64,000 nt of DNA from an uncultured bacterium (GTDB lineage: Bacteria; Chloroflexota; UBA5177; JANWHV01), in NCBI GenBank assembly GCA_963729625.1, contig CAVSOU010000009.1, forward strand, positions 1 through 64,000, given 5' to 3'. The stretch's first letter is position 1, and each line of letters starts with the position of its first letter. Below are positions 60,905 through 64,000 of the stretch, piece after piece. The position numbers and the translations under genes are program-made. Under the pieces are notes generated by a model, which was given only the letters and a program-made list of their open reading frames with translations, ran no database searches and was not told where the DNA came from.

Positions 60905-61255
60905 TCACTCGTCATCGATTTCCATCTCCTGAACCTGGAATTCAGTGCCCGAGACGATATCGACGGCCAACGTTCCGCAATTGGGGCAATTCGCATCGAA
61001 GTCGTGGATCACGAAATCGGACTGACAGAGCTTGCATCGGCCGCGGTGGGGCACGATTTCGATGTCGAGCACGGCGTCTCGAAGCTTCGGGATCGACTCG
61101 ACCATCACCTCGAAGCCAAATCGCAAGGAGCTTGGGTCGACGGCCACCGCTTCGCCAATCAGCACCTTGATCGAGTTCACCCTTCGCGCGCCGTATATCT
61201 CGATCTGCTTCTGGGCGATGTCTACGATTCCCTCCGCGAGCGCCAGTTCATGCAC
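60905..61255 (-). CDS. hypA: Hydrogenase nickel metallochaperone
   Basis: MHELALA, CKLC, CPNCG, G.E. Confidence 0.92.
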   Translation of the reverse strand: MHELALAEGIVDIAQKQIEIYGARRVNSIKVLIGEAVAVDPSSLRFGFEVMVESIPKLRDAVLDIEIVPHRGRCKLCQSDFVIHDFDANCPNCGTLAVDIVSGTEFQVQEMEIDDE

Positions 61256-61514
61256 GTGACCTACCCCTGCAGTCAGTCTAGCGCTCAGGATGCGCACCTC
61301 AACGCATGTCCACGCGTCAAGATGAAACATACATGATAGCGGAGACAGATGGCCTAAACTGGTGCCACGACGGAACCTCAGGGTGGTTACGTCCTGGCGA
61401 TGGAGCGGATGGCCGGGGCGTCCACGGCGGACGAGGACGTCCGCCCCCCAGAATCGTGCGGTTCGATGGAGATCCCGTCGTGGCGTCACAGTAGTTGTCC
61501 GTTCCGTGCCTGCT

Positions 61515-62324
61515 TCACGCTCTCGTTCGGCCGGGCGCGGCAGCCACGATGCGCAGCCAGTTTTCGCACAGCATGGCAGTTTGTGCGGCGAACTCCAACT
61601 CCGTCTCACGAGCTCTCTCCAGCAGCGCTTCTCGCGTAGTCGGAGAGGCGGCTGTGGCGAGCACAGCCGGGGTTGCCGTACACCAGCTCGAGACACTCTC
61701 CTCGGTCACTTCGGGATGGAACTGTACGCCGTAACAGCTGCCGAGCTTGAATACCTGAGCTGTGTCGCGATCCGACATGGCCAGGAGGGCGGCGCCGGGC
61801 GGCAGGTCGAAGGCATCCTCATGCCACTGAAAGGTAAGCAGAACGTCCGCAAATCCAGCAAACAGCGGGTCACGCCGGCCGGCAGCAGTCAACTGGACCG
61901 GGAAGTAACCAACTTCCATCCGCGACTTGCGCCAGATCCGCGCGCCGAGGGACCGAGCCAACAGCTGCGCGCCGAGGCAGATGCCCAGCACTGGAATCCT
62001 GCGACGTGCAGCAACACGAAGCAGGGAGACCGTCTCGCCAAGGCTGGGATAGTGCGCGTCGTCCTCGGCGTTCATGGTGCCGCCGAGCGGGATTACCCCG
62101 TCATACTGGGTGACGTTGGGCAGCCTATCGCCGCCGTGCACGCGCACTACATGGACGTCCGCCCCGAGCGATTCCAAACATGAGGCAAGCCTGGCTGGTC
62201 CAATATCAGGCTCAAACTCGATGCAGAGCAGGCGGGCGGGCTCCCGCACCACGGCGCTGTCGGGTTGCGATCGAATCATGGATGAGGCAGTGCTGAGCCT
62301 GCGTTTTGCATGCTGTGCAGCCAT
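61515..62324 (-). CDS. Type 1 glutamine amidotransferase
   Basis: LGICLGAQ, QWHED.F, VQFHPE. Start uncertain. Confidence 0.9.
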   Translation of the reverse strand: MAAQHAKRRLSTASSMIRSQPDSAVVREPARLLCIEFEPDIGPARLASCLESLGADVHVVRVHGGDRLPNVTQYDGVIPLGGTMNAEDDAHYPSLGETVSLLRVAARRRIPVLGICLGAQLLARSLGARIWRKSRMEVGYFPVQLTAAGRRDPLFAGFADVLLTFQWHEDAFDLPPGAALLAMSDRDTAQVFKLGSCYGVQFHPEVTEESVSSWCTATPAVLATAASPTTREALLERARETELEFAAQTAMLCENWLRIVAAAPGRTRA

Positions 62325-63409
62325 CCTGCCACGACGTAGGACCCCAGCGTGCTATCGCGAATCCCGAGGGTGCCATCCGCGTACATTGTGAGGCTCGCCG
62401 TGCCAGTCTCCGACCAGTTTTCTTCGACAATGTCCAAGCGCCTGGCGCGCCGGTCAACCCCGGCAACCAAAGCGACGTGACCGAATGAACCGCCATAGAA
62501 GACGATGGCGTCGCCGGTTCTCGGACCAACCGAGCCTCCGTTTGGTGTGAACACGATGCCGCGCGGATGGTGCAAGCGCATATCGACGGCAGCTCCAACG
62601 CCCTGCCAGATGGTGGCGTACCCCCAACGTATGGAAAAATAGCGCTGTACGAGCTCGACACACTGGTATGAGATTCCGTACGTGCTGCCACAGCCGTTGT
62701 TGATGTCACCGGCGTTCGAATATACCGGGACGCCATCGAGCTTCGTCAGCACGCGTCCCCAGCCGGCGCCCCAGGCAGGGCAATGGCAACAGCCCTCCGC
62801 CGCGGGATGGGGCGATGGTGTGGGCGTGGCCGACATGGGACCCTTGGGCGGCGCGGCGGGCACGTGCATGCTCGAGGCGATCTGCAGCGGCAGGCTGGTC
62901 TGTCCGGAACCCGACGGCACTATCGCGTTAAAGCGGTACGCGAGACCCTTATGTTGCATGTACAGCACTTCTTCCGCGAACCCGGCGGCCTTAGGCGCTC
63001 CTGAAAGCATTGTGGCGCGGCCGAGCGGCAGCACGACATCCTCTCGAGTCGCGTGAGAGAGGAATGTTGCGTCCTGCGCGATCAAGTCACCTAAGGTTGG
63101 TCCGTGAGGGTTGAGCGGAATAACGACAACGTCCACGATGCCTCCGGCAGGCGACCATAACGACAGCTGACCATAGGTTGCAAGCGTGTCGGGCCAGCTG
63201 CGCGCGGTCCAGCCTGGAGGATAGGAAATGCTGTAGCTGGGCACGGGCCGACGGACCACGCCGCCGGTGCTCGAGCGAGTGGCGCCCGTGTAGCGCGATG
63301 TTGGCCAGTCAGCCGTACCGGCGGTGCCGAATGCAGGTGGCGGCCAGACGGCCCCGAGAAGCGCGCATGCGAGCCAAGCAGCCAACGTGGCACGGAAAAG
63401 TACACGCAT
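62276..63409 (-). CDS. Secreted CHAP-domain amidase
   Basis: Signal peptide, YQCVELVQRY, GHVA.V, EENW. Confidence 0.85.
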   Translation of the reverse strand: MRVLFRATLAAWLACALLGAVWPPPAFGTAGTADWPTSRYTGATRSSTGGVVRRPVPSYSISYPPGWTARSWPDTLATYGQLSLWSPAGGIVDVVVIPLNPHGPTLGDLIAQDATFLSHATREDVVLPLGRATMLSGAPKAAGFAEEVLYMQHKGLAYRFNAIVPSGSGQTSLPLQIASSMHVPAAPPKGPMSATPTPSPHPAAEGCCHCPAWGAGWGRVLTKLDGVPVYSNAGDINNGCGSTYGISYQCVELVQRYFSIRWGYATIWQGVGAAVDMRLHHPRGIVFTPNGGSVGPRTGDAIVFYGGSFGHVALVAGVDRRARRLDIVEENWSETGTASLTMYADGTLGIRDSTLGSYVVAGWLHSMQNAGSALPHP

Positions 63410-63478
63410 ATGGTGCCTATGTTTCCTCGGTGGTCGTACTTGGCGCGTCGCCCAAGACCCTGCCCTGGCGAGCGGAGG

Positions 63479-63847
63479 TCACGCGGCGATCGATGCCAAT
63501 CGTTGAATAAGTCGAGGGATGTTCTTGTCTTTGAGCAACACCGCCCGGGCGCCTGCGCGCAGGAACGAATCTGCTTCGTCGTCGTCCAGCCAGGACGTCC
63601 ACACGACTACCGGGCAACCGGCCGCCAGGAGTGGTGCGAGGTCGTCGCACAGCCGGTGGCCGCTCGTCTTAGGCTCGTAGAGAACCACGTCCGGACGGAG
63701 CGCGCGCACTAGTGGCACGGCGCTGGCCACGTCCGAGACGGCAGCGAGAATGATCGCTTCGGGAAGGCGGCGCAACCTCTCGGCCAGCGCAAGGCGTACC
63801 TGCGCGTGATCGTCGACGATCAAGAGGTGTACGGGCATCGCCATCAT
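63479..63847 (-). CDS. Stand-alone response regulator receiver domain
   Basis: LIVDDH, PDVVLYE, AGARAVLLK. Confidence 0.8.
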   Translation of the reverse strand: MMAMPVHLLIVDDHAQVRLALAERLRRLPEAIILAAVSDVASAVPLVRALRPDVVLYEPKTSGHRLCDDLAPLLAAGCPVVVWTSWLDDDEADSFLRAGARAVLLKDKNIPRLIQRLASIAA

Positions 63848-64000
63848 GATCTCGCCTCAATTCCCCCCGGCCAGCACACACGATCGTGACGATCAACCTG
63901 GCCCTTTGTAGACGATTCTACGCACCGCTCACGCCGGGGGCCACAGCCGATTGATGGCCTCGCCGTGGGCCGACCGGCACTGAAATGGGAAGCGACCGGC

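Overview
High-GC bacterial DNA whose gene style suggests Chloroflexota (inference). The left ~30.7 kb is a decayed genomic island ending at a 3' fragment of tRNA-Lys(TTT) (30688-30735), the likely attR. It carries a nested set of mobile elements: an IS21 whose istA is split by an ISAzo13 and by a four-gene large serine recombinase (LSR) element. It also holds three copies of a ~160-280 bp non-coding repeat, remnants of satellite/ICE-type genes, and many secreted-protein genes. Among those is a cluster of a secreted protein with 14 tandem 14-aa repeats, two orphan paralogous peptide-binding proteins, a membrane HTH-TIR-STAND-WD40 protein and a FecR-domain protein. The strongest observation: joining the two ends of the LSR element (its predicted excised circle) gives the DUF5372-like gene an in-frame RBS and ATG overlapping the recombinase stop codon, so the gene appears complete only after excision. 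The right ~33 kb is mostly ordinary chromosome: sugar kinase, ABC transporters, gabD, rbsDK, hypAB, an MshC-like short CysRS and a CHAP protein, with three single-base frameshifts that may be assembly errors. All family assignments come from motif recognition by eye, not from database searches.
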